From NCBI GenBank assembly GCA_043228905.1, contig JBHGNT010000022.1, positions 11,098,001 to 11,162,000 on the forward strand: a stretch of DNA of 64,000 bases, in the 5' to 3' direction. A program made the translations under genes and the position numbers. Of this stretch, positions 34,656 to 47,533 are shown piece by piece. This DNA is from Azolla caroliniana. Its lineage: Eukaryota; Plantae; Polypodiophyta. Under the pieces are notes generated by a model. It was not told the DNA's origin. It searched no databases and saw only the letters and a list, made by a program, of their open reading frames with translations. Position 1 is the first letter of the stretch. The number at the start of each line of letters is the position of its first letter.

Positions 34656-37600
34656 TGTTAGGAATAGTACTAAAGCAAAGATGGAATTAGTACTAAAGAA
34701 GAGCAATATTATTAGTACTAAGAGGACAGGACTGCGTAAGACTCCCGAGAGAGAGAGAAAGAGAGAAGAGAAAAGAGAGATAGCGAGGATGAGAGAGAGA
34801 GAGATGATGATAACAACCAATATATTATGTGAAAGATAAGTACAAAATGGCTAAGAGGCTTAAGACTGGAGTTGAACCAATTTGGTTCAACATAATGCCT
34901 AGTGCCCTCTTTTATAGTGTTCTCAGGAATAATCCTGAAGCTTCTAGAATGTTCCAGAGAGATCTGGAATATACATCAATTTTCTATGATAAAGCATAAA
35001 TGAAAATAATATCCTAAGTATTACAATTCATAGTCTAATGGTAAGAGCTCGACCCATGTAGCATAAGGTCATGGGTTCGAGTCTTGCCATATCATGACAC
35101 TATCTCTCCCTTAAAGAAGACGAGTGGAACGAGTCGGCGCTGATTGCGAACCGGGTTTATCCGGATACTTTCGGTGGAAATCAGCAAGAAGATCCTGAGC
35201 ACTATCTCCCCCTTAAAGAAGACGAGTGGAACGAGTCGGCGCTGATTGCGAACCGGGTTTATCCGGATACTTTCGGTGGAAATCAGCAAGAAGATCCTGA
35301 GCATTGGCAACATGCTCGACGGGTTCCCACGTACGTTCGCTCGGACTATAACCAAGCCAATTGACCAAATAATAAAGTTTGTTGTGAACAAGTTTGGAAT
35401 CAAGGATGGCAGCAACTTCATACTCCAGGTCGGCGTCCAACTCCAGTGGGGGCGGCGGTGGTGTTACACGATCGGGAATGGTGTTTGCTTTATAAGGTTC
35501 AAGAAGAGAACAATGGAAAACCGGATGTATCTGAAGCTGCGGAGGGAGATCAAGGCGGAATGTGACATCATTAACCTTACCCGTAATACGGAAAGGACCG
35601 AGTCGTCGATAATCCAACTTGTCGCACGGTCGAGTAGTCTTGATATGACGACATAAGAGCCATACTCAATCTCCGATGGCAAAAGATGAGGGAAGCCGAT
35701 GACGATCCGCGTAAGTCTTCTATGTCTGTTGAGCATGACGAAGATGAGTCGAGAGATCTGGCTGGATCTTGCGTAGTCTCTCCAAATGATCCCCGGCACG
35801 AGGATTGGTAGGTAGCTCCGGGGTGTCGATCACTGACCAGCGAAGATGAGAACCGGTATAAGCGTAGAATGGGGAGACTCGAATCGAGGAGTAAACAACA
35901 TTATTATACGCAAACTCCACAAAGTGGAGAATCTCGGCCCAATCGTCCTGTTGATAACTCAGGAAACATCGGACACATTACTCCAACATTTGGTTTGTTC
36001 GTTCCGCCTGCCCATCGATCTGAGGATGGTAGCCGGAGGAGAGGTTGCAAGAGACCTTGAGCATCTTGAAGAGATGCTGCCATAATTTGGAGACAAATTG
36101 CGGTCCTCGGTCACTGATGATACTGTCTGGGAGGCCATGATGTCGAAATACCTCACGCATGACAAGGGCGGCGGTTTCCTCGCTAGTGATGGCCTTAGTA
36201 CACGGCACAAAATGTGCCATCTTCGTATATCGATCGACGACGGTAAAGATAGCATTGAACCCCTTCGAAACCGGCAGATCTGTGATAAAATCAAGACAAA
36301 TAGACTGCCACGGCTTACTTGGAATCGGTAAGGGTTCCAACAAGCCATATGGATGGTGTCATGGCATCTTTGCTCGGCAGCAAGCATCACAGGTCCGAAT
36401 GTAGTCGTCGACAAAACGGCGCATGTGGGGCCACCAAAAAGATTGTTGCACTAACTCCAACGTCTTAGTACTACCGAAATGTCCCGCCGTATGGGTGTCG
36501 TGACAATTCTGGACGATTTGAAGGCGATAGGAGCAATCGGGGACATATACGCGCTTTTTAAAGAATAACAAACCATCATGATATTCGAATTGTCGGTAGT
36601 CAATACCTCGTTGTTGAGACTGAGAACAAGATGCTCAAGAAGTATCAATGTGCGCCAGGATGTCTTGAGCAAAACTCTCCGTCTTCAAGTTTGCACATAT
36701 GTCATCGGTAATCCGTGAATCCATCGGGGTGTGAAAAATCCGCGTCGTGTGCAATCGTGTTGGTCCCAAGATTACTTGCTTTTGATTATCAAATGTTGGA
36801 TCACCAGGACGAGGTGCAAGATATGAACGCTGTGATAGTGCATCTGCTTTTCCTTGTTGCTTCCCCGGTCGAGATGTGATTTTGAAGTCGAAATGCGTGA
36901 GGAATTGCGCCCACCGAGCTTGCCGTCGATTTAGTACGCGAGCGTTCTGGAAATAAGCAAGATTTTTATGATCACTAAAGACAATGACCTGATGTGGAGA
37001 GCCCTCTAAGAAATGCCGCCATTGCACAAATGAATCCACGATGGCTAATAACTCCTTGTCATGTATTTCGTAGTTGATTTCCGCGACATCGAATTTGCGC
37101 GAATGGAAAGCCACAGGATGTAACTCTTCTTTATCTCCTTGTTGAGAAAGGATGCTACCGAGGGCGAAATTTGACGTGTCGGCCTCCATGATGAATGGTT
37201 TGCTTGTATCCACATGAGCTAGAATCGGTGTTGATGTAAAGGCTTTCTTAAGATGTCGAAAAGCCATATCTGCTTCATTGGACCAAAGAAATGTTTGTCC
37301 CTTCTTCGTAAGTTGTGTGAGAGGTAAAATAATCTTTGAATAACCCTTTGAGGAGATGACGTAGCCTAGAAATTCCACTTGCTTGCAATCAAAGCTACAT
37401 TTTCTAGCTTGGCATAAAGACCATTCTCGCGGAGTCGCTTTAATACTAATAGTACATGAGAATCGTGCTCTTCCTGGGTCTTCGAATAAATCAATAAATC
37501 ATCCAGATAGATGATCAAACAGATATCCAAGAGGTCTCTGAATATATCATTTGCCATGTCTTGGAAGACTGCGGGTGCATTGGTTAGACCGAATGGCATA

Positions 37601-40314
37601 ACCGTATATTCGAAATGCCCATACCGCGTGCGAAAGGCGGTCTTCAATTCATTTCCCGGTCGGATCCGCACGAGGTTATACGCTCCTCGTAGATCGATCT
37701 TTGTAAAAAACTTGGCACCATTAACTCGCTCTAAAAGACTTGATATAAGAGGAAGTGCATACCTATTATGGATGGTGACTTTATTTAAGTCGCGGTAATC
37801 AACGACGAGACGAAGTGAGCCATCTTTCTTCTTAACAAAGAAGATGGGTGCACCGGCCAGAGATTTCGAATGACGAATAAACCCGGTTGCCAAGTTCTCC
37901 TCTATGTAGGCTCAAAGGACTTCTAACTCGGTGGGGGACAAGTTGTAAATGGGTCCCCATGGTGGCTCTACTCCCGGTTGTAGATCGATGGCACAATCAC
38001 AGGGACGATGATGAGGAAGAGTACCTGCTTTTACCTTGTCAAATATATTAGCATAAGGATGATATTTCGCCAGAAGTTGTACTAAGGATTCCTCCTTAAT
38101 AGTGCTGGAAGGATGTACTGATATTGCAAATAGGAACATTGCCTCCTTGTGTCCTTCTTCGCGTAATTGACGTAGTGAAATGGTCGAAACACGATGAATA
38201 GATTCTTGGGCCTGTCGATGTCGGACTTCTCTTGTTCTCCAATCTATGTCTGGATTATGTAATTCAAACCAAGGTAATCCCAGGACAATGGGATGCTCTG
38301 GACTACTAATTATATTAAATGCTACTACACACACAAAACTACCTAGGACAACTTGAATGGGTTCTGACTCTTCTACAATATTCCTGGAAGCAATGGGACG
38401 ACCATCAATGACTACTACAGATGCAGGGTAAGGAAGTTTTCTTAAGGGTATCTGAGAAGCTTGGGCAAAATTTCGATCCATAAAACAAGAATTAGCTCCA
38501 GAATCTAGAAGTGCTAGGACATGTACTAGGGGAGTACTTTTAGTACTAATAGTACTAACCATGACTTGGGCTAGGAACACATTGCTAACTTTCTTGGAGG
38601 GAATGGAACCACTAATGGGTTGTACAGATCTAGGTTTGTCCAACCAAACGACTCCTAATTTGGCTGGACTCAATCGTTTAACTCTTCATCTTATTGACTA
38701 AGGATTTCAAATTTGTTTGAGATACTTGGGCTATTAGTACTATTAATACTATCAAACACTCTATTAGTACTATTAATACTATCAGACACTCCTAAGGGAA
38801 GAATTGACTCGGGTTTAGTACAAGCTACAATTTGATTTACCTGTCTTCTTGGCCTATGGGGACAATTGATTGTGATATGCCCTGGTCCACTACAATAAAG
38901 ACATAATCGATTTGCACGTCGTCGTTGCTTTTCTTCTTCCGATAACAGGCCACGTCGACGCATGGTATCGATCTCCATCGGTGTCGAAGTATTTGCTTGA
39001 GGTATGTCTCGTGCAAACGGTTTAGCCGCGACTGAGGCGTAAGTGGGCTCCAGCCTAGAGCGTGAAATCTGTAATTGACGTTCCGAAGGCCGTTCGAAAA
39101 GACGGTTGTCACATCGGACCGCTCGACTGATTGCCTCCGTAAGAGACTTTGGTTCTTCGGGGAAAGTTAGAAGTAGATCTTTGACATCGTTTCACAGGCC
39201 ATAGCGAAACTGCTCCATTAGTGCTTGATCATCCCAGGGGATATCTAAAGCGAGTAGGCGGAAATCCGCCGTGTAGGCCGAGGCTGGACGATCGCCTTGA
39301 CGCAATCGCCGGATCTTGTTGATCGTCGTCCTGATGTTGTCGATGTCTCCAAAGCAGGCTTTAAACTCACTAATAAAATCTTCAAAGTTATTAAGCAAGG
39401 ATGATTGTTTTTCTAGAAGCGGAGCGAACCATGCTAAGGCTGAGCCGCTAAGCAACGTGCCTATTAAGCCGACTCGGGATGCATCAGTGGGGTATCAGGA
39501 AGGATGCATTTGGAGGACTAATCGTACCTGATTAAGGAATCCCCTGAATTGCGATCGCGTTCCATCAAATTTCACAGGAAGTCCAATCTTCGGCTCTTTA
39601 TGAAATCCTTGGGGACTTGATCCTTGTTGTTGCAATGCCGCTTCGAGTTGTTGTTGCTGTGTTTGTTGTTTTTCTAGAGCGATTTGTTGCAAATCTCCTA
39701 TCAGCCGTTGGTTTTCTTGTTCCAAGGCAACAAATTTTTCTTTTAGGCATTGTAGCTCGGAGAAAACGGATTGATATTCTTGGGCGCTAACAGTAGCCAT
39801 AGTATAGGGAAAACGGTAGGAGGATGAGGGAGAACGACAAGTAGGTTGGAGGAGAAATTGGTTCAAACGGTCAGGAATAGTACTAACGTAGAGATGGAAT
39901 TAGTACTAAAGAAGAGCAGTATTATTAGTACTAAGACGACAGGATTGCGTAAAACTCCCAAGAGAGAGAGAAAGAGAAAAGAGAAAAGAGAGATAGCGAG
40001 GATGAGAGAGAGAGAGATATGATGATAACAACCAATATATTATGTGAAAGATAAGTACAAAATGGCTAAGAGGCTTAAGACTGGAGTTGAACCAATTTGG
40101 TTCAACATAATGCCTAGTGCCCTCTTTTATAGTGTTCTCAGGAATAATCCTAAAGCTTCTAGAATGTTCCAGAGAGATCTGGAATATACATCAATTTTCT
40201 ATGATAAAACATAAATGAAAATAATATCTTAAGTATTACAATTCATAGTCTAATGGTGAGAGCTCGACTCATGTAGCATAAGGTCATGGGCTCGAGTCTT
40301 GCCATATCATGACA
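34656..40314 (-). mobile_element. Full-length decayed Tcn1-like chromovirus
   Basis: LTRs 34656-35099 and 39869-40314, TSD GTAGT, gag-PR(LDSGA)-RT(YLDD)-RH-INT-chromodomain with many stops and frameshifts. A 102-bp tandem duplication at 35098-35301 includes the PPT. Confidence 0.95.
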
Positions 40315-42622
40315 GTAGTTACCACAAAACGATTTCCATAAAGATAATGGCGCCATGTTTTGAGCGCATGTATAACTGCAAATAATTCCTTTTCTTGAAC
40401 GGTATACCGACATTGAGCAGAATCAAGTTTCTTACTCTCGAATGTTATTGGTTTTCCATCTTGATATAAGACAACACCTATAACATAATCGCTTGCATCG
40501 GTTTCAACCTCAAAAGGTTTTGAAGGATCAGGTAAAAGAAGTGAAGGAGCCTTGCATACCAGGTCCTTGAGTTCCTTAAAGGCGAGGTCATGGTGGACAT
40601 AGTCTTCTAGTGAGGAAAACTTTTTTACCCCTGGTTTTATAATAAAAACTCTTCTTTATCTATCGATTGGGTTCATCATTCAATTACATTTGTACTGAAC
40701 GATTGTACTCATTTTATTCAATGTGTAAAAAAACAATCCATCTCGATTGTTTCCTCGTGTCCATCAATATCTGAGTTGTCTTGTTCTACTCTATTTTATT
40801 GTGTACTTGATTCGGACATTCACTTTTACAATATCGATAATGTCTCGGTTCAATTAACATATTTTGAACAACAACAACTTGATGAAATCTTAAATGATTT
40901 TCGTGATGTTTTTCCGAGTGAACTACCAGATGGCTTACCTCCTAAACGTAATATAGACCATCATATAGATATTGTACCTGGTGTTGCACCAATAAATATA
41001 CCTCCTTATCGCTTAAGTCGATCCGAAGAGGATGAGGTAGCTAAGCAACTCAAGGACTATTTACGAATGGGTTATATACGTTATAGCAAGTCTCCATGGG
41101 GGCCACCAGTTCTCTTGGTTAAAAAGAAAGTGGGCACATGGCGTATGTGTATTAATTACCGACGCTTGAAATAAAGTGGCGATCAAGAATTCGTATCCAT
41201 TGCCCTGGGCGGACGATCTAATTGACCGTCTTCAGGGAGCTTGGTATTTTATGAAACTTGATCTCCACACTGGCTACCATCAAATTCGTATAAGTGAGGA
41301 CGATGTTCCTAAAATGACATTTCGTACGCGCTATGGCCATTATGTGTTTTTGGTTATGCCTTTTGGTTTGACCAGTGCTCCGGCTACATTTCAACAAGAA
41401 ATGAATGACATTTTCCAAGAACAACTTGGAAAATTTGTCGTTATTTTCTTGGATGATATTTTAGTTTATAGTCGTACATTACAAGAACATGCTAAACATG
41501 TTCGCTTTGTTTTACAAACATTGCGTAACAAACAGTTTTATGCGAAGATCTCAAAATGTGAGTTCTTCAAGAAATCAATTATTTATCTTGGACATCTCAT
41601 AACCGAACGAGGAGTTGAAATTGATCCTTCTCGCATCGAGAAAATCAAGCTTTGGCCCACTCTTTGGAATATTCGAGAAGTTCGATCATTCCTTGGTTTT
41701 GTTTGGTTTTTGTGAAAATCTCTTTGTAATTACTCCCACTTGACGACGCCGTTTACTAATCTTCTAAAAGGTCAAACGCGTAAGTCTACAAAACCTATTG
41801 TGTGGAATGCTACACTAGACCTCGCCTTTAAGGAACTCAAGGACCTAGTATGCAAGGCTCCTTCACTTCTTTTACCCGATCCTTCAAAACCTTTTGAGGT
41901 TGAAACCGATGCAAGCGATTATGCTATAGGTGTTGTCTTATATCAAGAGGGAAAACCAATAGCATTCGAGAGTAAGAAACTTGCTTCTGCTCAATGTCAG
42001 TATACCGTTCAAGAAAAGGAATTATTTGCAGTTATACATGCGCTCAAAACATGGCGCCATTATCTTTATGGAAATCGCTTTGTGGTAACTACGAACCATG
42101 AGTCCTTGAAATATTTTTGTGACCAACAAGACCTGAAAGGTCGTAAGGCACAATGGGCTGATCTCATCCAGGACTTTGATTTTTCCATACGATATCGTAA
42201 AGGTTCCATGAACATTGTCGCTGATGCACTAAGTCACATCCGTGAAGTTAACACGCTTAGCTTCACTAAAATATCATCAGATCTTTATGATCACCTTCGA
42301 GGAAAGTATCCTGATGACAGTTATTTCGCAAAATACTGGGCAAGAGTTGAGTCTAGAACAGACACCACCACATCCTCGAAGGAATACTTCCACATTGGTA
42401 ACGGTCTGCTCTACCATAATGGGAAGGTTTGTGTTCTAGATTTACCCGAGGTCAAAAAGAGGATTCTTTTTTAATGCCATGATGCACCCTCAGCAGGGCA
42501 CCCTGGAATACAACGTACACTCGTTCTCATCTCCACTCAATTTTATTGGCCTAAGATGCGTCCTGACATACATAGCTATGTGACTAAATGTCACCAATGT
42601 CAAGTTAACAAAGCCGAGCGAC

Positions 42623-42912
42623 TGTCATAACTAGACTCGAACCCATAACCTTTTGTTACACGGGTCGAGACTTTACCATTAGGTTATGAGTTGTAATTTG
42701 AAGGATATTATTTTCATTTAGGTTTTATTAGGAAATTGATGTATATTCCAGATTTCTCTGGAACATTCTAGAAACTTCAGGAGTATTCCTGAAGACACTA
42801 TAAAAGGAGGCGCAAGGCATTAGTTCGAACCAAATCGGTTCAACGCCAGTCTTAAGCCTTCTAACTACTGTTGTATATCTACCGTCATATAATACATATA
42901 TCTTTCGCATCA

Positions 42913-42948
<36 letters not shown>

Positions 42949-45423
42949 ACTCATTCCTTCTCTCAAAGTTCGACACCTCTCATAGTACTAATCCTTCTCT
43001 GTCTTAGTACTATTCCCCAACAATAGTACTAATCCTTCTTTTAGTACTAATTCCTTCTCTGCCTTAATAGAGTTCCTGACAGTTTGAACCGATTTTCCCT
43101 ACTAGTCTCCCTCTTCCTTCTGTCTCTCTCCTTTCCTACTAGTCTCTTATTTCCCTTTTCCTTCATCCCATGGCCACCGTTAGCGCTGAAGAGTATCAAT
43201 CCGTTTTCTCGGAATTTCAATGCTTGAAAGAGAAGTTTCATGCTTTGGAACAAGAAAATCAACTACGAAATTCATGATAAAGAGCTATTAGCAATAGTTG
43301 ATTCTTTTATGCAATGGAGGCATTTCCTGGAGGGATCTCCTCATCAGGTCACTGTATTCAGTGACCACAAGAACCTTGCCTACTTTCAAGATGCTCGTGT
43401 ACTGAATCGACGTCAAGCTCGGTGGGCCCACTTCCTCACACGCTTCGACTTCAAAATTACATATCGTCCGGGGAAGCACCAAGGGAAGGCAGATGCATTA
43501 TCACGGCGTTCGTATCTAACACCACGTCCCGGTGAGCCAGCTTTCGATAACCAGAAGCAAGTAATCTTGGGTCCAGCACGACTGCAAGCAGCACAGATCT
43601 TTGACATGCCCGTGGATTCCGACATTACCAATACTATACGTGAGGACTTGAAGACTGACGCTTTCGCCCAAGCTATACTAGCACAAATTGACCCCTCTCG
43701 AGCGTCATGTTCACAATCACAATCACCAGGTACGGATTATCGGCAATTCAAATACTGTGATGGATTACTCTTCTTTAAAGAACTTTTGTATGTTCCTAAT
43801 GGTTCTTGCCGCCTTCGAGTAGTACAAAACTGCCATGACACATATACAGCAGGACATTTTGGTAGTACTAAAACATTAGATTTAGTACAACGATCATTCT
43901 GGTGGCCCCGTATGCGACAATTTGTCGAAGATTTTGTTCGGACTTGCGATACATGCTGCAGAGCGAAAATGCCAAGACATCATCCATATGGTTTATTAGA
44001 ACCATTACCAATTCCAAGCAAGCCATGGCAATCCATTGCTCTTGACTTCATTACAGATCTTCCAGTCTCTAAGGGATTCAGTGCGATTCTCACAGTGGTG
44101 GATCGATATACGAAGATGGCTCATTTCTTACCATGTACTAAAGAAATATCTAGTGAAGACACCGCCGAAATTGTCATGCGGGAAGTATGTCGGCATCATG
44201 GACTCCCTGATAATATCATCAGCGATCGTGGACCCCAGTTTGTGTCAAAATTCTGGAAGCACCTTTTTAAAATGCTGAAGGTCACTTGTAACCTCTCCTC
44301 CGGCTACCACCCACAAACCGACGGTCAAGCCGAACGAACAAATCAAACACTGGAGCAGTATCTGCGGTGCTTTCTCAACTATCATCAGAATGACTGGGCA
44401 GATATTCTTCAGTTCGCCGAATTTGCCTATAATAACGCTATCCACGCATCGACTAAAGTCACGCCATTCTACGCTTATACGGGATATCATCCCCGGTGGT
44501 GTGTCCTTGAAACCCCAGAAGTGTCCACAAATCCTTGCGCGGAGGATCGTTTGGAGCGGTTACGCAAGATACAAGCGGATTTATCTACTCAACTCCAGCA
44601 AGCTCAACAATCACACAAGGACTACGCAGATCGTCATCGACTTCCATCCAGTTTTAACATTGGAGATCGGGTGTGGCTGCTACGACGACACATCAAGACT
44701 ACTCGCCCATGTGAGAAGTTGGATTATCGACGATTAGGTCCTTTCCGTATTATCGGGAAGATTAATGATGTCGCTTTTCGTCTCAAGCTACCTCCGCAAC
44801 TTCGGATACACCCGGTGTTTCATAGTTCTCTCCTCGAACCCTATCACGAGAGCACTATCCCAGGACGTACTATACAACCTCCACCTCCTATCGAGCTCGA
44901 AGATGGACCTGAGTATGAGGTCGCTGCCATCCTCGATTCCAAGATTGTTCGCAACAAGCTCTACTATCTAGTCGATTGGCTAGGATATAGTCCCAGCGAG
45001 CGTACTTGGGAACCGATCGAGAATGTGACCAATGCTCGTGCTCTTCTAGAAGACTTCCATCGACGATATCCCGAGAAACCGGGTCCTCAATCCAAAACGA
45101 CTCGTGAAACTCGTCGTTTTAAAGGGGGGATAGTGTCATAACTAGACTCGAACCCATAACCTTTTGTTACACGGGTCGAGACTTTACCATTAGGTTATGA
45201 GTTGTAATTTGAAGGATATTATTTTCATTTAGGTTTTATTAGGAAATTGATGTATATTCCAGATTTCTCTGGAACATTCTAGAAACTTCAGGAGTATTCC
45301 TGAAGACACTATAAAAGGAGGCGCAAGGCATTAGTTCGAACCAAATCAGTTCAACGCCAGTCTTAAGCCTTCTAACTACTGTTGTATATCTTCCGTCATA
45401 TAATACATATATCTTTCGCATCA

Positions 45424-45459
<36 letters not shown>

Positions 45460-45592
45460 ACTCATTCCTTCTCTCAAAGTTCGACACCTCTCATAGTACT
45501 AATCCTTCTCTGTCTTAGTACTATTCCCCAACAATAGTACTAATCCTTCTTTTAGTACTAATTCCTTCTCTGCCTTAATAGAGTTCCTGACA
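42623..45592 (+). mobile_element. Young Tcn1-like chromovirus deletion derivative lacking most of gag, PR and RT
   Basis: Near-identical LTRs 42623-43081 and 45134-45592, TSD GCGAC, gag start fused to RNaseH near 43255, and an intact INT plus chromodomain. Confidence 0.95.
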
Positions 45593-47533
45593 GCGACTTA
45601 AAGCCGCGGGACTTTTACATCCCTTGGACATTCCCAATAATAAGTGGGAAAGTATATCCATGGATTTTATTGTTAACCTTCCTCGCACCCAAAAAAGCCA
45701 TGATGCCATCTGGGTTGTGGTTTATCGACTAACTAAAATGGCCAGATTTATAGCTACTAAAACCATGGTAAGAGCTCCTGAATTGGCTTACCAATTCGTG
45801 GACGAGTTATTTCGTTTTTATGGGTTACCGATGGATATCGTGAGTGATTGAGATCCAAAATTTACTAGTGACTTCTGAACGCAAGTCCTTAAGAAGTTAG
45901 AAACTACGTTGAGCATGAGCTCCACGGATCATCCTCAATCTGATGGACAAACAAAACGAGTAAATCAAATTATTGAGAACATTATCTCCCAATTTTGGAG
46001 TTTGCTTATAACAGCTCCAAGCATACGTCGACGGGATATAGTCCTTTTATGTTGATGTATGGTTTTCAGCCACGAGCCCCGATTGATGTTAATATACATC
46101 ATGATGAGTTGCGAAGTACGCAAAACTTTCTTCGGGATATGAAAGATATGTTGCATATTGCACCAGATAATATAAAAACAGCTCAAGATAGAGCGTGTTT
46201 TTATGCCGATCATCATAGGCAACCTCATGTATTCAACCCTAGATAGAAGGTATTTTGACGTGTACCTCACAATTTTAAGACATTGTCTACGGGTAAGTGC
46301 GCTAAGTTAGCCCCACGGTTTTGTGGACCTTTTACAGTCCTCAAACGCATTGGGTCATCAGCCTATCGTCTCGCTCTTCCCGATGGTGTTGGAATTCATC
46401 TAGTCTTTCATGTGAGTCGTCTAAAAGAACTTCTAGGTTCTGGCGACAATACAATTACAACTAAAACTCTGATTACTTCTGAAGAATTATCTTCTAAACC
46501 ACATGTACCAGAAAGAATTCTCGATGTTAAAACAAAAAAATTACGTACTAAAGAAATCCGAGAATTTAAAATAAAATGGATGGATAAATCAATAAAAGAT
46601 GCCACTTGGGAACGCGAAAATACTCTCAGAACTAACTTCCCTAACTTTCCATTGCAAGAGTGCAATGTTTTAAAGAGGGGGAGTATGTTACGGGCATGAC
46701 CATATAATATCCCGTGCTGAGAATTTACCGTAGTATTCTATACACGTGGATAAGTGTGAAGGTTAAACGAGAGTGTAAAGAAGGGGAGGATTACTTTTAA
46801 ATCCTTGGAATTGAGACAACCCATTAGGCCAAGTGTGAACATGGTTGGGGGCCTTGGGTATCTCTATAAATAGAGGCCAAGCTACCCTCATTTGATCAGC
46901 TGGTTGACTACGTCGACACTCTGTCTTGTGGTGGGTCAACTCTTGTAGCGAGCACGCCAACACCAGGTACAACTCGACGCCACAGCGGTGGTATGGGACG
47001 TCGATCGAGGCTCGAGTCCGTCTCGATCCCTTCGCTTGGGGGTGGTCGAGTGGATCGGCACCCTTCTTTCTCTCTCTCCTTTCTTTCTATCTACCTAGAT
47101 CTATCCTTATCTAATGCTTACTTTAGTACATGTCTCTAATAAAGGGGATCGTCCCGCCTCCACTTACGCCGCAGATTTCCGCCTTCTAGCTTGTGATATT
47201 CCATGGGATGAAGAAGCATTAATGGATCAGTTTCGCCATGGACTACGAAATGATGTAAAAGATTTGTTATTAACTTTCCACGAAGATCCAAGATCTCATA
47301 CAGAAGCAATAAGTTGTGCGGTGCGATGTGACAATCGCTTATTTGAGTGACGTTCAGAACGTCAACTAATGTCATGACCAAGAACGGATCAAACATATGC
47401 TTCAGTAGTAGCCTCAACACCTACGAGCACTACCCATACTTCACACATGATTCCATCAAGTGGTCCAAGTCCGATGGAGATCGATGTAACACGTCGTCGA
47501 AGGCCTTTGTATGAAGATGAGATGCAACGACGT

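Larger units (their letters stand above)
33929..47141 (+). mobile_element. Chromovirus of a second family, rearranged, with its 5' LTR and gag replaced by an inverted copy of its own RH-INT region
   Basis: TSD AAGGG (33924-33928 and 47142-47146). Only 12 bp of the 5' LTR remain (tgttacgagcat). RT-RH-INT-chromodomain spans 40627-46685, followed by the PPT and 3' LTR 46686-47141. Confidence 0.85.
32842..47533 (+). mobile_element. Old Tcn1-like chromovirus remnant: 5' LTR (32842-33269) and decayed gag (33376-33928 plus 47147-47533), split by a 13-kb nest
   Basis: The gag reads LHQG at 33928 and resumes DRPASTYAADF at 47147. The LTR contains ~27-bp tandem repeats (~32990-33080). Confidence 0.8.

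Noticed and set aside
34269-34820. 183-aa ORF with a hydrophobic N-terminus that looks like a membrane protein
   Set aside because: It is a chance fusion of pyrimidine-rich LTR sequence to an RNaseH fragment across an insertion junction.
35024-35099. Calling the LTR cassette a functional tRNA gene
   Set aside because: The acceptor and anticodon stems do not pair. Only the promoter boxes and their spacing are retained.
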